Source of the DNA: Haplodiscus bocki
Lineage: Eukaryota
DNA length: 64,000 bases
Direction: 5' to 3'
Assembly (NCBI GenBank): GCA_965655095.1
Contig: OZ296651.1
Location: 60,388,001-60,452,000, forward strand
The notes below the pieces were generated by a model. That model ran no database searches, was not told the DNA's origin, and saw only the letters and a list, made by a program, of their open reading frames with translations. Below are positions 37,501 to 51,400 of the stretch, in pieces. Made by a program: the position numbers and the translations under genes. Each line of letters starts with the position of its first letter. The stretch's first letter is position 1.

Positions 37501-38641
37501 ACAGAAACAATTGAAGCAATATAACTGCACAGTTTTAGTTCAGCCAAGTACTGTGGTTGATTAGGATTTTTACCAAAACAGCGCTTGTTTCCGTAAGTTC
37601 GCTTGCGGAATACTTTTTCCAATTCGACAACTGCTAGGAGATCGGTAGGTGTTGGAAATGGAGCAATGACAGCAATTAGGAAGAAAAATAGCATAAGGAT
37701 CAAATCAGTCCTCATTTTCAATGTGAACGAAAGATTCAAACAAAAAAATTTCGAGAAATGCTAGAGGAGAGAGAGTATACTGATCACGGCAACTGTTGAA
37801 ATCCCCAGCGATATGAGAAGTTTTGTCATTACAAAAGGAAATATAAAGAAAGGCATCTAGTGCAGGAATACTTCAGAACAAATCGCTCAAAAACTAAATT
37901 CTAGACTAACTGGTCGCACCAGTTTGTCGCAGATGCATGCAGTAGGCGAGATAAAGACTTGAAATTGGACTTAATATTTGGTTCTGATTTTCGTTCTCGC
38001 TTAGAGCTTTGCCGAGACTTACACTCCGTTTGTTGTCTAAATTAAAGCAACGGTTGCGGTACGTCAGTTGTTTTATCAAGAAAAAAGAAATAGTATCTAG
38101 AGTTCTTTTTCCTACTTTCGTTGCCTTGCTGGCTCCGCGAACAAAGATTGGGTAAGTTCAATAGCAAGGACTTTACGAGTGATGAAAGTAAAATACAAAA
38201 AAATCAAATATTCAGATTACAAAGGGGAACAAAAGGCATTCAATTGAATTAAACTGCAAATGAACGTCCTCGAAGACTTAGTCGCAGATAATGGCTGGCC
38301 AGGAAAGGAGGAAAAATAGCAAAAGTCCATTTCAACATGAATTTCGAGCACAGTCCGACTGAATTAGTTCTTGATAAAAATTAATAGAATCTGTTGACAA
38401 AGTTCCTCTGAAAATCAGCTCCTTCAATGGAATTACAGAAGTGATTAACGCTCCCGTTCATTCACACTGGAGGATCCATTCACTTCTTAGGAGAAGGAAA
38501 AAATGAAAACTACCGACACCATTTTCTAGCGGACTTCACGGGAGGGATTGTTAAAAAAAGGTATTAGGTTTGACCCGAGAGATGTACTCAATTTGGAATA
38601 GAAAACCGTATAATGGATAATGTTGTTGGAGTCCAGTGATC
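34520..38641. repeat. Near-identical direct tandem duplication, unit 2061 bp
   Basis: ORF pairs repeat at exactly +2061 (34563/36624, 34788/36849, 35193/37254). I noticed only one mismatch (36425 G vs 38486 C). Confidence 0.95.
34940..35039 (-). pseudogene. gag: gag N-terminal fragment (second copy 37001-37100)
   Basis: MVATHLAYPDLAIDKISGTNPDQDAESFVQIIE resembles a retrotransposon capsid N-terminus (F.G....D...F...E), truncated by fusion to LTR sequence. Confidence 0.6.
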
Positions 38642-38909
38642 TGTGCGTTGCTCTGTGACTCTCTTCTTCGAAATCTGACTTGCAATGAGATCGAATGGGG
38701 AAGTTCAAGTTGGAGACAAACAACGGAACTTTTTCAGGACTTTTGGAAAAGGGACGGTTTCTGCGTGTTCAATTGGTATCTACGATTTTGGAAAGAAGTC
38801 CAAATTACCACGGCAGCAGACAAAGTGAGACTTGGTCTATTTTGTAATGCCAATTAAATCTCTTTCGAGGAACCTCTAGGGGGTTGTGCAAATAGGATTC
38901 ACTCCAAAT

Positions 38910-39325
38910 TCAGAACCGAAGTTCGTACATGGATTCTGCCCACGCCAATACCGAGCGGGCCTTAGTGGACACTGTTTAGACTCCAGTGGCAATATTATGC
39001 AATAAGTAAGCAAAAAATTGGATTTTTGGTCATGCAGTTTGAGGAGAACTCTTAATTAAGACCCGGAGTTCATCCACGGAATCCGCACGCGCCAAAACCA
39101 TTCCAGGCGTTAGTGGACCCTGTTTAGACTCCAGTGACAGGATTATGCAATAAGTAAGCAAAGAAAGGGATTTTTGGTAGTGCAGTTTAACGTTAACTCT
39201 TGTTTCACAACCAGAGTTCGTACACGGAATCCGTGCACACTAATACCGAAGCAGGCGTTGGTGGACATTGTTTGGACTCCAGTGGCACGCGTAGGGAAAA
39301 AGTAAGCCAAAGAAGGAGTTTTCAT
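38910..39325. repeat. Three ~149-bp tandem units inside the LTR (U3-like)
   Basis: Units starting ~38911, ~39060 and ~39209 share GTTCGTACACGGAATCCG...TAGTGGACACTGTTTAGACTCCAGTGGCA...AATAAGTAAGCAAA. Confidence 0.8.
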
Positions 39326-39763
39326 AAGTTAGACAAAAAGTGCGACTGAACATTTTTTTGAAGACTTGGATGGAATCTGCGGCTTAGACAGAAAATGGAA
39401 TTGTCTTATAACATTTCATTTTTGTGGACTTTGGAGTTGGACTTAGAAGTTTTGGTCCAAGAAAATCAAAGAAATTAGTGAATTTGGACTAAAGAAAATT
39501 TTGTCCGAAGAGAAGAGGGAAGAGAAATAGAACTTAGAATAATTTTGTCCGAAAGAATAAAAGGGAGAAAGGAAGTTAAACTTGGAATAATTTGTCCGAG
39601 TACAAAGGTGAAGAGTAGAGGAGAGCAAGTCAGAAGAAGAGTAAGGATTCCCGTCCGTTGAGTGGGAAAAAAATTTATGATCGAGTTGATTTGGCAGGTC
39701 GACTCCAAAATAATAGTATGCTGCCATTTCATGCAACCATTTAAAATCGGCTTGTACCAAGCA

Positions 39764-40562
39764 TGTTAGCAGCTGGAGCCAATAGGAAAATAGCTCTTGT
39801 TAGTTGTTTTAATAATTTTGTGCAATCCCAATGGCTCCTTTTTTTCTTCCACCAGCTTTTTTAATTTTCTACACAGATTACCGTCAGCTTTATTCATCAC
39901 TGGAAAAGATTAGCTATAATTAATTAATGTTTTAATTTATTCAACGTTTAAGCTTTATGTGTAACGCGGTAAAATTTTTCAGAAAAACAGAAAAGTATTC
40001 TTCAGTCAAAGTTATTGAGAACTAAATCTTTTTGTATAAGAAGCCTTCAGATTTTGAGCCTTATCGTCGCAAACTTTTCGACCCAATAAAACATTCCAAG
40101 CGATGTCCTAAACGCTCTATAGTCATACTTGACGATCACCCACCAAAAACCAGCTCCTACTCTAACAGCAGAACTGATTAAGAGCACAGTAAGGGCTTGG
40201 TTAGTTGCAAACTTGAACTAATTTATCTAATGACTGAGGTATCAACAGGGAATGGTTCTTTTCCTCGTTTTTTCTTCACATTTCTAAGCAGGAGTAATTT
40301 AGGTCTCACTTGAGCCGGACAGATAGTTTTTTTAGAAGAAGGTGACTCAGTCTGAATAAGCACGCTCAACCTAGAGTACTAAATCATGACAATCCGCAGT
40401 AGATTCCCTTCTCTATCGGGAGCCTATCACGGAAACCGAATAAATTGTTAATCATGGTGCTAAGAACGACGTTGATTTTCCGTACTGCTGTTCCAGACAC
40501 TCTGATTCCCCAATCACGGTAATCACACTCCGTAAGAGCTTTCCATTATTTGGCGACCGCCG
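39764..40562 (+). mobile_element. Possible LTR plus primer-binding site of another retroelement
   Basis: Starts TGTTAGCAG, AATAAA at 40439, ends ..TTCCA (40545) followed by TGGCGACCGCC (40551). No partner LTR in the window. Confidence 0.35.
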
Positions 40563-42730
40563 ATGGATCTGGAGAGGAGCAGAGTCTTAGAAAAACGGCA
40601 CATGGAAGATATTGTGGATTTCACTCCCAGCGCATCCAAACGCGTTTCCGATAAAAAGGGAACTCTTAGAGCGACCGATTTTGCAACATCTGATGACGTT
40701 CTGTCTCCCTCAATCTGGCACGAAATATTTACAAGTTCAGCCAGGTTTTCAATTTTCATTAGGCGTCTTCAGCACCAGTGACTACGTAAGTGCCTGGAAG
40801 TAAGAAAACACCAGTAAATAAGTAGCACATGTAAGTTAACAAAAATGAACCTGTTAGGAACCCGTATTAATTAGTTACGCCATCGCAAACTGGGCCGGAG
40901 CAAGGTGACTGTTTGCTGCCAACATTTGGAATGTAAAAGTGAAGACTGAGAAAAGCATTTTCAGAAGTAGTCGAAAACAGCCAAAACAGCAGAAATCATT
41001 CCGAATAGTACATAGTCGTAAAGAAAGCATCGTTAACCCCCCGTAAAAAACATTTTCCAGAACATCCTCAACTCCAAACCGTGCGAACACCCCAAACTAA
41101 TTGAGAAAAATTACGGTTCTGTAGCCTGTGTAGCACACGGTTGAGGAAAATTCCGATTTTGTCTGCTTTGAGTGTGACGTTTTTATTTACTGTGCAGCAA
41201 CAGGACCGAGACTTCAGATTTACCTTTTTGGGGTATTTCTTGGTTCATTCGAACTTGGGAACACATTGTTTCCCTTGTGCTCGGTAATTGCTTTCGAACG
41301 TTCTGACAAACGCAATACTTACAAAAAACGACCTTTTCCCGAGCGTTTTGCGGAACTAGAAAGTTTGAAAGATAGACAACAGAATGAAGAAGAATTGGGA
41401 CTCCAAGACCCCGTGAACGGTTAATGTAGCAGGAGCAATTGCTCTACAAGTTTTTGCCTAATCCAACACTCTCCAGAGAAGTTAGAGCATACAACTTACA
41501 GCAGTAGCGCAAATATTGAGACCCGAAATACTTCTGGTGCCTAAAATAACAAACCTGAGCTAAGATTCAGCTGCAGCGCAATTGTTCTAAATCGGGTGCC
41601 AAAATTGAGCTCCATCGGTCCCATATTGGAAGATTCTTAAAAATAGACGGATTACATTCAAATTCTCAGATTCATCAATCGATTGATAAAATTGAAGTTT
41701 AACGATTAAGATGCTCTAAGAATTTTAGTTGAGAAACATCCAGTGTCCCCCAGTAGCGGCAACAGCACCCGTTCGTCATCACCTCCTATCACAGAGTGTA
41801 TAACGATGAAAATTTCAGCCCTTTGGGACCGGTGGCTGTCGACAGGTTGTTGGAAAATTTTCAAAAACACCATAGATAAGGGTAATCTGGCAAGAGTGAA
41901 ATATTTCTCAGACCCAAAGTCTCCTCGACCACCAACAACCTACTTCTGATTGAGAATTCCGTGAGAGTAGGACCCTATGAACTCGCTTACGCGCATCAAA
42001 TTCGTCTTATCGAAGTTTTTGCAGGAATTTTCGTAATTAGGACCCCCGCAATAGTGGCAAAAACCTACCTACCTAGGTCACGAAACCGTAGCCATTCTAT
42101 GAAAATCGGACCAGTCTGTAAATCCAGTTTTATATTTTAAAAAAAAGTCATTTGCCACATTATTACATTGTTGGACCTGGAACTGAACAGAAAACCGGAA
42201 AAATTTTTTTGGAATACCCCTTTGCGGCAATTTTGATAGCATTCGACCAGTGCTCGAAAATTTTACAATCAGTTGCCGGAGTTTCAGAGGCTAAGGATTG
42301 TCAGTTGCCTATGAGCATGAACGAGAGTGACCAAAATATCAAAACTTGTGACTGTAATTGGAAAATAAAAAAAGCCAAACCAATGAATTTCAAATCTAAA
42401 GCCGCTGAGAAATATTCTGTTGTTCGTCAGACATTAGTTGGCGTGTTTTCTAGGCCTAAACACAAAAAAGCAAAGATTTTGGATACAGTTGGCTAACGGC
42501 TGGACTAATGGAAGTTTTTTGGATTGCTCATCTTTTGCGTAAAAATATGGAAAGTCATTCAAAACCAAATTGACTCTTTGTGTTGCTACGAAAACAAGTT
42601 TGACATTCGAGGCCCTAAAAACCAGGAAAACGAATTGAAATAGTTACGAGGTCATCAGTAGTATAATGTGAAGGTTTAAAAGACTAGAGTAAAAAAAACA
42701 AAAAATATATCTTCAATCCTGTGTACCTAC

Positions 42731-43557
42731 TGGTGCTCCTTTGAGAATCCTCTTGGTCATATCCGTTTGGAAAAAAGCTGTCCAGTTGCGCTTGTTGGCC
42801 GAGTGGGTCCTCGAGACATATGGGATCGGAGTCGTTGACTTCTTTTCTTGAACTATTAAGGCACTGAAAATGAAAAGTTTTTCAAGTTTCGGCTGTGTTC
42901 TCGAAGTTTGATTTTTTGGGTTGCTCTTGTCCTTGAAGAAGAATGAGTCATTTTCATCCTTCAGAACGTGGTTAGTTCTAAGGACGTTAAAGAAAATCGG
43001 TTCTTGCTTTGACGTTGATCCTTGATTTCCCAACACGTGTCTGGCTAGTCGAAATTTCATTTCTTTTATGTGCTCCTGGGTATCAGTTCTCGCAGCAATG
43101 TTCTTCTCACGGGCGAAATTTCTGAGAGTTTCTATTTCAGTGTAGTAAAGTACAAAATCAAATCATGCATGTCCAAACTGAAGTAATTATTGATAATTTC
43201 CGGGGTTGAAAGGTTCCCAAGTTTGATAGATTTTTGTGATGGGCTGGTTTCAATACTCACGATGAATTAATCAACAGGCTCTCTAATGATTTGACTGAAC
43301 GGTCCAATGCATATTGGAGCAGATTAATACCAATAAAACTCATGTTGTTTTCTTCGAAGTCCAAAACCGGTCTGATTCCTGTATAATTCGAAAAAAAATT
43401 GCAGATAAAATACACTGCATGCATGGATGACAGTAGTTTAATGTGAAAGTATAGTAGACTAGAGTAAAAATTTAACAAACAATATATCTTCAATCGTTTG
43501 TAACTACAAAGGAAACATTCTCTCCATTCCATTCCTCGTCTTTTTTCCTGTGTAGGT
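42731..43557 (-). repeat. Inverted copy of element-2 right terminus plus ~700 bp of outside flank
   Basis: Reverse complement of ~58833-59656 and of ~62398-63220. ORFs 42713-43060 and 43257-43532 mirror 62894-63097 and 62423-62795. Confidence 0.92.
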
Positions 43558-43628
43558 ACACAGTGTTGAGTATAAAGTTTTTGTTATTTTTTTTATTCTA
43601 GTCTACTATACCTTCACATTATACTACA
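43432..43628. mobile_element. ~200-bp miniature AGTAGT-terminated inverted-repeat element (Polinton-type MITE)
   Basis: AGTAGTTTAATGTGAAAGTATAGTAGACTAGAG...TAACTACA, a ~45-bp pyrimidine-rich spacer, then TGTAGGTA...CTAGTCTACTATACCTTCACATTATACTAC. Confidence 0.75.
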
Positions 43629-44289
43629 CTCTACAATACAGTGGTGTGACTATAATTCCACATTTATGTGAACATAAAATTGAGAAAAAAAATTGCACGT
43701 GCGCTTGTACGTTTAAGAGAGACTGAAAAAATTGCCACTACCACACAACAACAACACTACCACAAAGCTTTTAGTAAAGCACACATACATAAACTAGTTT
43801 TTCTCTTTCTAGTTTGTCTCCTAAAGCAGACTGGCAATTTAGAATGACAGCGATGAGAGTTTAGGCTAGCCAGAATGTTTGGGGTTCTCTCCTTTATACG
43901 TATCCCCTGTTTTTGTCGTACAACCGCTATGAAGTTATAAGAGGAAATGCCTATATCTTGAGGCTTGAAAAAGTTGACTAGATCGAGGGACAACTTTGCC
44001 AGAAATGCTCCTTCGCATATGGTTGAAGAACTATATATGAAAAATGGCCGATGGAGTTTTTGAAAAATATTACAATATTGTTTCGTTATGAAAGATCGTT
44101 TTTACATAAAAAAAATCTGAAGTGTAAATCAAAGGGAGTACACAGGAAAGATGGCAAAAAATAGGAACTAAATATCTATGAAGATATTTTTTTAAACGAC
44201 CGTTTTTACAAAAAAGTGTTCCCGAAGGAGTACAAATTTTCATACAATTATACAAATCAAAGAATACAGAATATCGTTTTTCATCGAAA

Positions 44290-47200
44290 GCTGACAGTGA
44301 ATTTTTATGTAGTTTTTGGAGAGACATATCATGATTAATAGATTTTGTATTATACTTATCACATTCACTCAACATAATGCGGAAGCATATTTCCAGATTC
44401 ATCTGGTGGTAATCGTTTTATTTCATGTAATTTTGATTTTAATTCGTCAAAAGAATTTTTTTTGATCAATAGTTAATCCACTGGATAATGTTCATTTCCA
44501 TGGTAGAAGGAACTGTTCACTAACTCATTCTCCACCTTTCAGTTTGAAATATTTATAGGTTTCAAGTAATCTTTCAGTTTCGTGATAATCGTTAAAAATT
44601 TTCTTCACATTGACTTCTCCTTATTTGTCTATCGTGTAACATAATTTGATTTTTAGAGCTATGAACAATCTGTAGAAAATACCACCGTCTCTGTAATCAT
44701 TTTTTTCTTGTCCTAAGTTTTTTCCAAAATACCCGGCTTCTTTCAATTTTTGATAATAAACCATTTGGATATATAACCAAATAGTGTCTTGATAAATTAC
44801 TTTATTCGAATAAAAACCATCTATTTCATTAACAAACTTATTCAAAATTCTTTTACTTTGTGATAGAACAAACACACCTAAATGTGAAGGCACACTTTTC
44901 TCAACTTCCTTTTTTTTATCAATACCGGGATCACTTTTCTAGCTAATAACATAATCACAAGTCGGTCGGATTTCATACTCAACAACTACTTCATCGTTAT
45001 TTTTTAGGAGCCAGTTCTCAGATCTTATAATGTATTCCTCGTCAATACCTTTCCGTATTGATTGTCCATATAACAAGTTCATGGTTAGTTTTATAAGTTA
45101 TACCATTGAACCGTTTCCTTCTTCTCAATGTACTAATTTTAAATATAAAGATAATCTATAACTTTTTTAAATGGTGAAATTTTAGAGTTATCTCTGTATA
45201 TAACTCCTTCATAAATGTTACATATTTTCCCAACCATTTTTACAGTCTCATCAAAATCAACTTTTGTTAAAACTCGAGTTATATCTCCAATTCGTAGTCA
45301 ATTAACATCTTCATATCTCGTTTCATCTCGAATAACATCTTCTTTAACGGGTAAATGTTGAATTATTAAGATTTTTCGAACAAAATTTCTAACTCTCGAA
45401 ATAGCAGATGCTTTATATGTGAACTGAGGGAATGTTCTACTGTTAGTTTGTTGAATAGTTTCTTTCTCTTTATCTGGAGTAAATAGATATCGTGTTTCAT
45501 TTCCGGGATAATATGATTCACTATCAACCAGTCTAGACGGATATAAACCCTTTCCTTAAACAGTCAATAATAATTTTTTTATTCAATAAACTTTTTTTGC
45601 TAATTCTTGGTTTAGAGTCAGAAAAGCTAATTTATTCTTCATGAAGTCTTGCTTTTCTTTTTAATTTGATAATCTCTGATGTTCTTCCACTCCTTTCATT
45701 GAATCTTATTCAGTTTCATATTTTTTAAAAACATCTATTTTTTTAGATTCTTCCATTAAAATACAATTACCATCTGTTTTGGAAGTTCAAATGAGATATT
45801 TTAACATTTAGGAGTGGTGTAACAGCACTTGATTCAAAATCTTGAATATCTGCTCCATATCTTCCACCATAACAAGCTTCCCATATAAAATGTCTAGTGT
45901 ATGGATGTGTGTATGTATAAAGAGACTTATCTTCATCCACAGACATCATAAGTTCGCATCCTAGAGAAGAATATGCCAAACAATCTTTCATACCGATACT
46001 ACTAATGTTATATAATTTATCAGAAAAACTTTTATTTATAAGCTCTAATGATGAAGCGTCTAATCTCAAATATGGATCCCACCTTGATTCATATGGTTCC
46101 TATGTGTCTTTTTTGATTAAACTATGATTCATTAAGAAGTTTTGTCTTTAAGAAAACCATTCTGTAACCCAAACGTTTTACCTTTATCAATAACCGTCCC
46201 TTTTAAAAGACAATAGCTACAAGTGAATGAAACATATTGTGATAAATTTCCAACGATTTCTTTGAAACGTTTTGTGCTAAGTATACCTCTAGATGTTTTC
46301 ACGACTTTCTATTCTCTGGACCGATCTAGAGTTCCATCTGCTTCGACATAATAAATAGGGTTAAACTTCTGTAGGAGCACCAAATTATCGAATCTGACAG
46401 AAGTATGTGCATTTAGTTTAAAAACATATCTCGTAATAACTTTGTTTTTTAAAGTTTTTAGAACATATGTCCATTTTTTATTTTTATGATTCAACATATT
46501 ATCAGTACAATCCTCTCCTTTATGTCACGTTAGCCATAAAGCTGAACAGTGCTAATTTTAAATTTACAAAATGACATACTAGACTAAATAATAGTTACAC
46601 AACGCTTGAAGGAAAGGTTGTTGGAGAGAGGTAATAAAGTTGGAATTGCACATTTCGAAACTTCAAACATTCGTTGATATGCCCAAAACGAATAGCAATG
46701 AAGCTTTTCTACTTGCTACCGGCCACCCCTCCGTTCTCGTTGTTAAGTTTTATTGCTTCACCAACGGCCCACATTACCTCCTAAAAATTCAAATATTGAA
46801 TCCTTTCAGAAGATCACTGTAGTTGGTGCTCCTTGGCGTAAGGTTCACCGTACATGGTCATGAGTTTGAAACGTATGAGAGCTCGGAAAAGCTGAGCAGC
46901 CGGCCACCAACAGTAGAAATCATAACTCTCTTAATCGCCTGCCGTCAACTACCACTAAAGATCACCTCAAACTTTGAACAATTCAACTCTTTTTGATTGA
47001 AGACTTTTAATTTGGAATCTCTCGAGAAAATCTCAATTTTCCTCAATTTTCAAATATCTTTTTGTGTTCAGGTGCGTAATCTACTATCCAAAGACTATCA
47101 GAAAATTTCTTCTTTTGCAAAAGGGTATCGAAAGAGAACTATCAAAAGCACATCAATGCGTGTTGAACTTATCAAATAAACTGTTAGTTTTTGAATAACT

Positions 47201-49473
47201 AACCCTAGAAGAGTACAACGCTCTATATCAATCTCAGTTGATTAAGATCGGGTCTGTTAGCGGAAATTCTGAATAAGAGTGAAACGGAAATTGCTCTGAA
47301 CAAGAACACTCTGAACAGGAACCCATTGAAAAATTCCCGAAACTTAAGAGAAATTGCTCAGGGGTCCCGCCTATGGGAGGGTGTCTTTTTGGGCTGCTTC
47401 CATTGAAGTGCAATGATGCTGAGTCTTAGATAAAGTTATTCACCAGTTTAGATCAGAATCAGGTTCACTGGTTACCCATGGTAATTGCTTGAACATAAGA
47501 GAAATCACTCGGTTGCCTATTCTCAGTTACTAACCCAAACTTCTGATTGGAACTGAGCCAGCGGTCAACAAAATCCCTACATTTTATTCCACGGGCAGAC
47601 AACTACGAACTGGCCTAAGAGAAATCGCTCGGTTGATTCCTCACGCGAATTACCCAGTCTTAACTACAATTGACTCAGGAGTTCAATCTTAAAATCAACT
47701 GTTCGAAGAAATGGATGATTATGTTCCCCGTTCAAGCGCAAATTCAAAACAGAGCAAACCGATGGTGTTGAAAGGTAACTCAACTCCTACTAGGTGAGAA
47801 AAGCTAATACTTAATTATCATTACCGGAGCTACTGTTATTTTCATAGTTCATTTTCCCGTCAATTAAAAGAGCGTGCAACAATATTTCCTTGACTTTCAA
47901 TTTGAAAAATCTAAAACAAAACTTCTGGTATAAACTTCCGAGCGTTAATACATTTTGGTCAAATAACGTTGAATGGTAAATTGCTGGCGTTCTTTCATCG
48001 ATTGATATTGGAAAAGAGTGAATTCAAAACCAAAACATTCTGCGCTTAAACCAGTACCGTCCCCGTGTAACCTTGCTACCAAGTTTGGAATTGCATTTGT
48101 CCTATTTGGAACCATTACTTTTTTAATTTATATAAGAGAATTGCTAGCGCTGAATAAATTCTTGACAAATCCTTCAACCAGTCAATAGCCATCCACTAAG
48201 TCCCTGCTCGAGAAATCACTCTCTACTTTGTTCACGCAGGCCGGCAAGGCAACTTGGACACTTGAGTTCGTTTAATCAGTAACGGTTGCAGATCAAGAAA
48301 GTGACAAGTTTGGGTCAACAAGAAAAACTTACCAAAATCTATTCCCCCCAAGACATTTACAAAGGCTGAAATCTTCTTTTAATTTATCAACTTCAAGGTC
48401 GGTTAAACTTCTATACACCATAACATTAGGTAATTTTGAAACAGAAACAAAACAACAGGATATGGGATAGAATCAATGTTTCCCTCATCTGAACAGATTT
48501 CAACGTCATAGACGAAAACATTTTGCCCACGTTGTATTTTAATGAGTTTCTTTGGGTTAAAACTATATTGGTTAGAAATTAATTCATCTTCCGTTAAGAC
48601 TCCTTTTTCATTTTCCAAATTTCCGCTCACTTCATCAGCCAATTTAGTTAGGGAAACTCCATATGACACAACACTGATTTTTATAAAGATACAGTTTTTT
48701 TTCTTTTTCGAAATCTTTTGCAACATTTGTGCTATCCTTATTAGATTTTGTTTTTCTTGTGTTAAAATACCCAAAACGGAGATCAAACTTTTCACAGAAT
48801 ATATGAATCTCAAACAGTGTCCTTTTTTTGATGTTGTTCCTGGTTTAAAAAAATTAATTAAATCCTCCTTTGTTGGTCTTGAATTATGGTCAATTTTTTT
48901 TCTGAACAAAAGAATAGAAAACATCTGAATAAACAATAAACACCTCTTTTGGACTATAACAATTTTGACCTTCATATCTAACAATCTTTATTACAAAAGC
49001 TTTAAATCCCTAACCGTAAACGTTTTTTTTTAAACCTAAGAAAATTTTTTTCATCTTTTTCGATGAAATTGTGCGCTTCTCCAATGATTACAGAGCCCTC
49101 GCCAAAATGTTTATCTATAAATTCCAAAAAATTGCCGAATGCATCAAAATCTTTAAGATGCATGATAATTTGAGCAAATGTACCATATAAATCATTTTTA
49201 CCTTTAACCATGCAAGGTTGGTTAGTTACTTTTTGGTTAGACAGCTCATCTCGCAAATTATATATATTCATGTTTTTTAATTCGTCTTTATTATTATCTT
49301 CCTATAAACCAAAAGTGTATCAGGTAGTATATTATCACGTTGTTGACTATTTTCATTTCTTGTTCTAATTCTGTCTTTTATTTCTTCTTTGGGTTGAAGA
49401 TTTCAATTCATTGGCGTTCTTCCATCCATTCATTTAGCATAGAAAGCTTGGTAAGTTTTTTATGCAACCTCAT
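44290..49473 (-). pseudogene. polB: Protein-primed PolB of element 2 (different type from element 1), interrupted by a solo LTR
   Basis: ExoI FVYDVE, ExoII AHTSVRFD, KDCLAYSSLG...ACYGGR, motif A GLYPS, motif B IKLTMNLLYGQSIRK, PSHLGVFVLSQSKR...YQDT (motif C), LGQEKNDY. Confidence 0.88.
46523..48355. mobile_element. Solo LTR (1833 bp) inserted in pPolB
   Basis: TGTC...GACA termini with a 4-bp TSD TTTA (46519-46522, 48356-48359). Removing it restores the frame FSLCK-GEDCTDNMLNH. AATAAA at ~48153. Confidence 0.85.
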
Positions 49474-50729
49474 TTTTCTCCGTCGTTCGATAATTTTAAA
49501 AAAATAGTAAAAAACAAATTTTAATATTTATTATTTTTAATTTTCTTGTGGTTTCATCTGAAAAAAGTTCCTTAATAGTAAAGGTTCTTGCAAATCATAG
49601 CTATACTTTCTGCAATTTTGCCAAAAAAAGACTTCTTCACTGGAAATTTTCAGCTTTGTCGCAGATAATTCATTTCATTGTAATATATACCGAAATCTTT
49701 ATTAAATTTCAACTTTGTTTTAACTTTCAAAATGTGTAATTGAATAGTCTTCACTTTTGATGTTTTTACTTTAATTTCGTCCCAGAAAAACAAATCTCTT
49801 TTATTGTTTTATTGGCAGAAGTTAGTTTCTCAGACGAAAAATTATACCGTTCAAGTACTTTATTAACTATCTGAAGTTTTGTTTCCCAATAAAACAAGGC
49901 AAAAATATTTACAAGAAATTTTTTATCGAATTCAATCCGTTTCTGTTGTCTACCTTGAGGAAATTGAATACCTATTCTTGTATTTAAAACAATTTTTCCA
50001 TTTTCTCGCTATAATTTTATTCCCTTTTCTTCATTGTCATTTCTGATAACGTTTTGATATCGTCCAGGTTTTGTAATTTTAATATTTTGATATTGTGTTC
50101 TCAAAAATTTCGGTTTTATCGTTTTCTGAAAAAAAATTGTTTGAAGGATGAAAAAATTACAGTTTATCTTTCACTTCGACATATTATTTTTTTTCAAGTA
50201 TTTCATTCGAAGCGGACAAAACTGGTCCCAATAAATCAAAGCAATTTTTTTTCTTGAAATCTATCAGAACTCATCCATTTCATTTTTGTTAAAGTAATGT
50301 ATCCAAACATCTATGTACCTTTAGCTATGTTCGAACAACAATTTTGTCCTAAATCTGGATCCAAATTTTTATATTTGTCGACTAATTCATTTTTAATATT
50401 TAGTTTCTTATTTTACAAGTTTGATAAAACTTTAAAAATATCTTTGAAATCATCACCTTTGTTTTTTTTTACGTCGAAGCAAAAGAACTTTACCTTATTC
50501 TGAGCATACCTTAATCGATCTATAAATTTTCTTTTCGTTGAATTTTTGTGAAATCAGTTTTTCGTTTTACAACATTATATCCACGTTAAAAACATGTCCA
50601 TTCATATTCACGTGGTAACAGTGCATTTCGCAAACAATGCATACGTTGTTTACTAAAAATTTAAAACCTTTGAACTTCGGTTAGTTCCATTTAATAAATG
50701 TTAATTAAAACAAATAAATTTAGTTTTTC

Positions 50730-51400
50730 ATAAGTTGAATATTTTCACCTAAGGTTAGTATTGTTGGTTTTAATAAATTGTCGTGATATCTTTTGGCTAA
50801 ATATTTGATTCTATAACGTAGGATAGCATCTTCTGTTCTTTGTGCTATTTTATATAGTCGATTTGATCAATTTTGTACGTTCTCTTTAACTGCAAACTTT
50901 TTAAATATCTGCAGCTCTAATTAAATCTCCTAACATAATTTGCTTTACGTTTCTCTCTTTTGTCTTGGAGATTGGAAGAGACTGTTTCTTCATTTAGTTT
51001 TTTAGATTGTTCAATAGGACAACAGGAGTCATTTTAATCCTATTGAGTGTGGTTATATTGTGTTTTACAGTGACAGATGGAAGCTCAGTTCTTCATGAGG
51101 CGTTTCCTTTTTCAAATATGGGTTTCCTTATGAAATTACGTATCGTTCTAAAGAACCGTTTTGCTATAGAAGGAATTATATCAGTAAATCGCGAGTAAGG
51201 GTGTATATTATTGAGTTTCAAAATCTTTTGGAAAATACTATTATAAAACTAACCTCCCCGATCCGATTCTATTTTGCTGGCTTTTTGTTCTGAAGTAGCT
51301 TTAATAGTGGAGATATAATTTTTCATTGTTTGACCGTATTTATTTTTCATTGGCATAAATTTTTGACTCCAAAGTTATTAGGTTTAGTTTTCTGTTCCGG
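50730..51400 (-). pseudogene. rve integrase remnant of element 2
   Basis: PMKNKYGQTMK...KIESDRGG*FYNSIF...IAKRFFRTIRNFIRKPIFEKGNA...IKMTP. Confidence 0.8.

Larger units (their letters stand above)
33282..39335 (-). mobile_element. Internally deleted Gypsy-type LTR retrotransposon (diverged LTR copies, PBS, 5' gag remnant)
   Basis: LTR ends (plus-strand TGTCGCAGATGCATG) at 33282, 35864 and 37925. On the minus strand ...GCGACA-AAC-TGGTGCGACC is PBS-like (35849-35860, 37910-37921). Gag start YPDLAIDKISGTNPDQDAESFVQIIE. Right boundary approximate. Confidence 0.65.

Noticed and set aside
38910-39325. CRISPR-like or other spacer array
   Set aside because: Units are homologous along their whole length with no unique spacers, and the context is a eukaryotic LTR.
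39726-39737. Possible outer LTR end with TSD TGCAAC matching 33276-33281
   Set aside because: The terminus (TTTCA) is not an inverted match to TGTCGCA and a 6-mer match can be chance; boundary left approximate.
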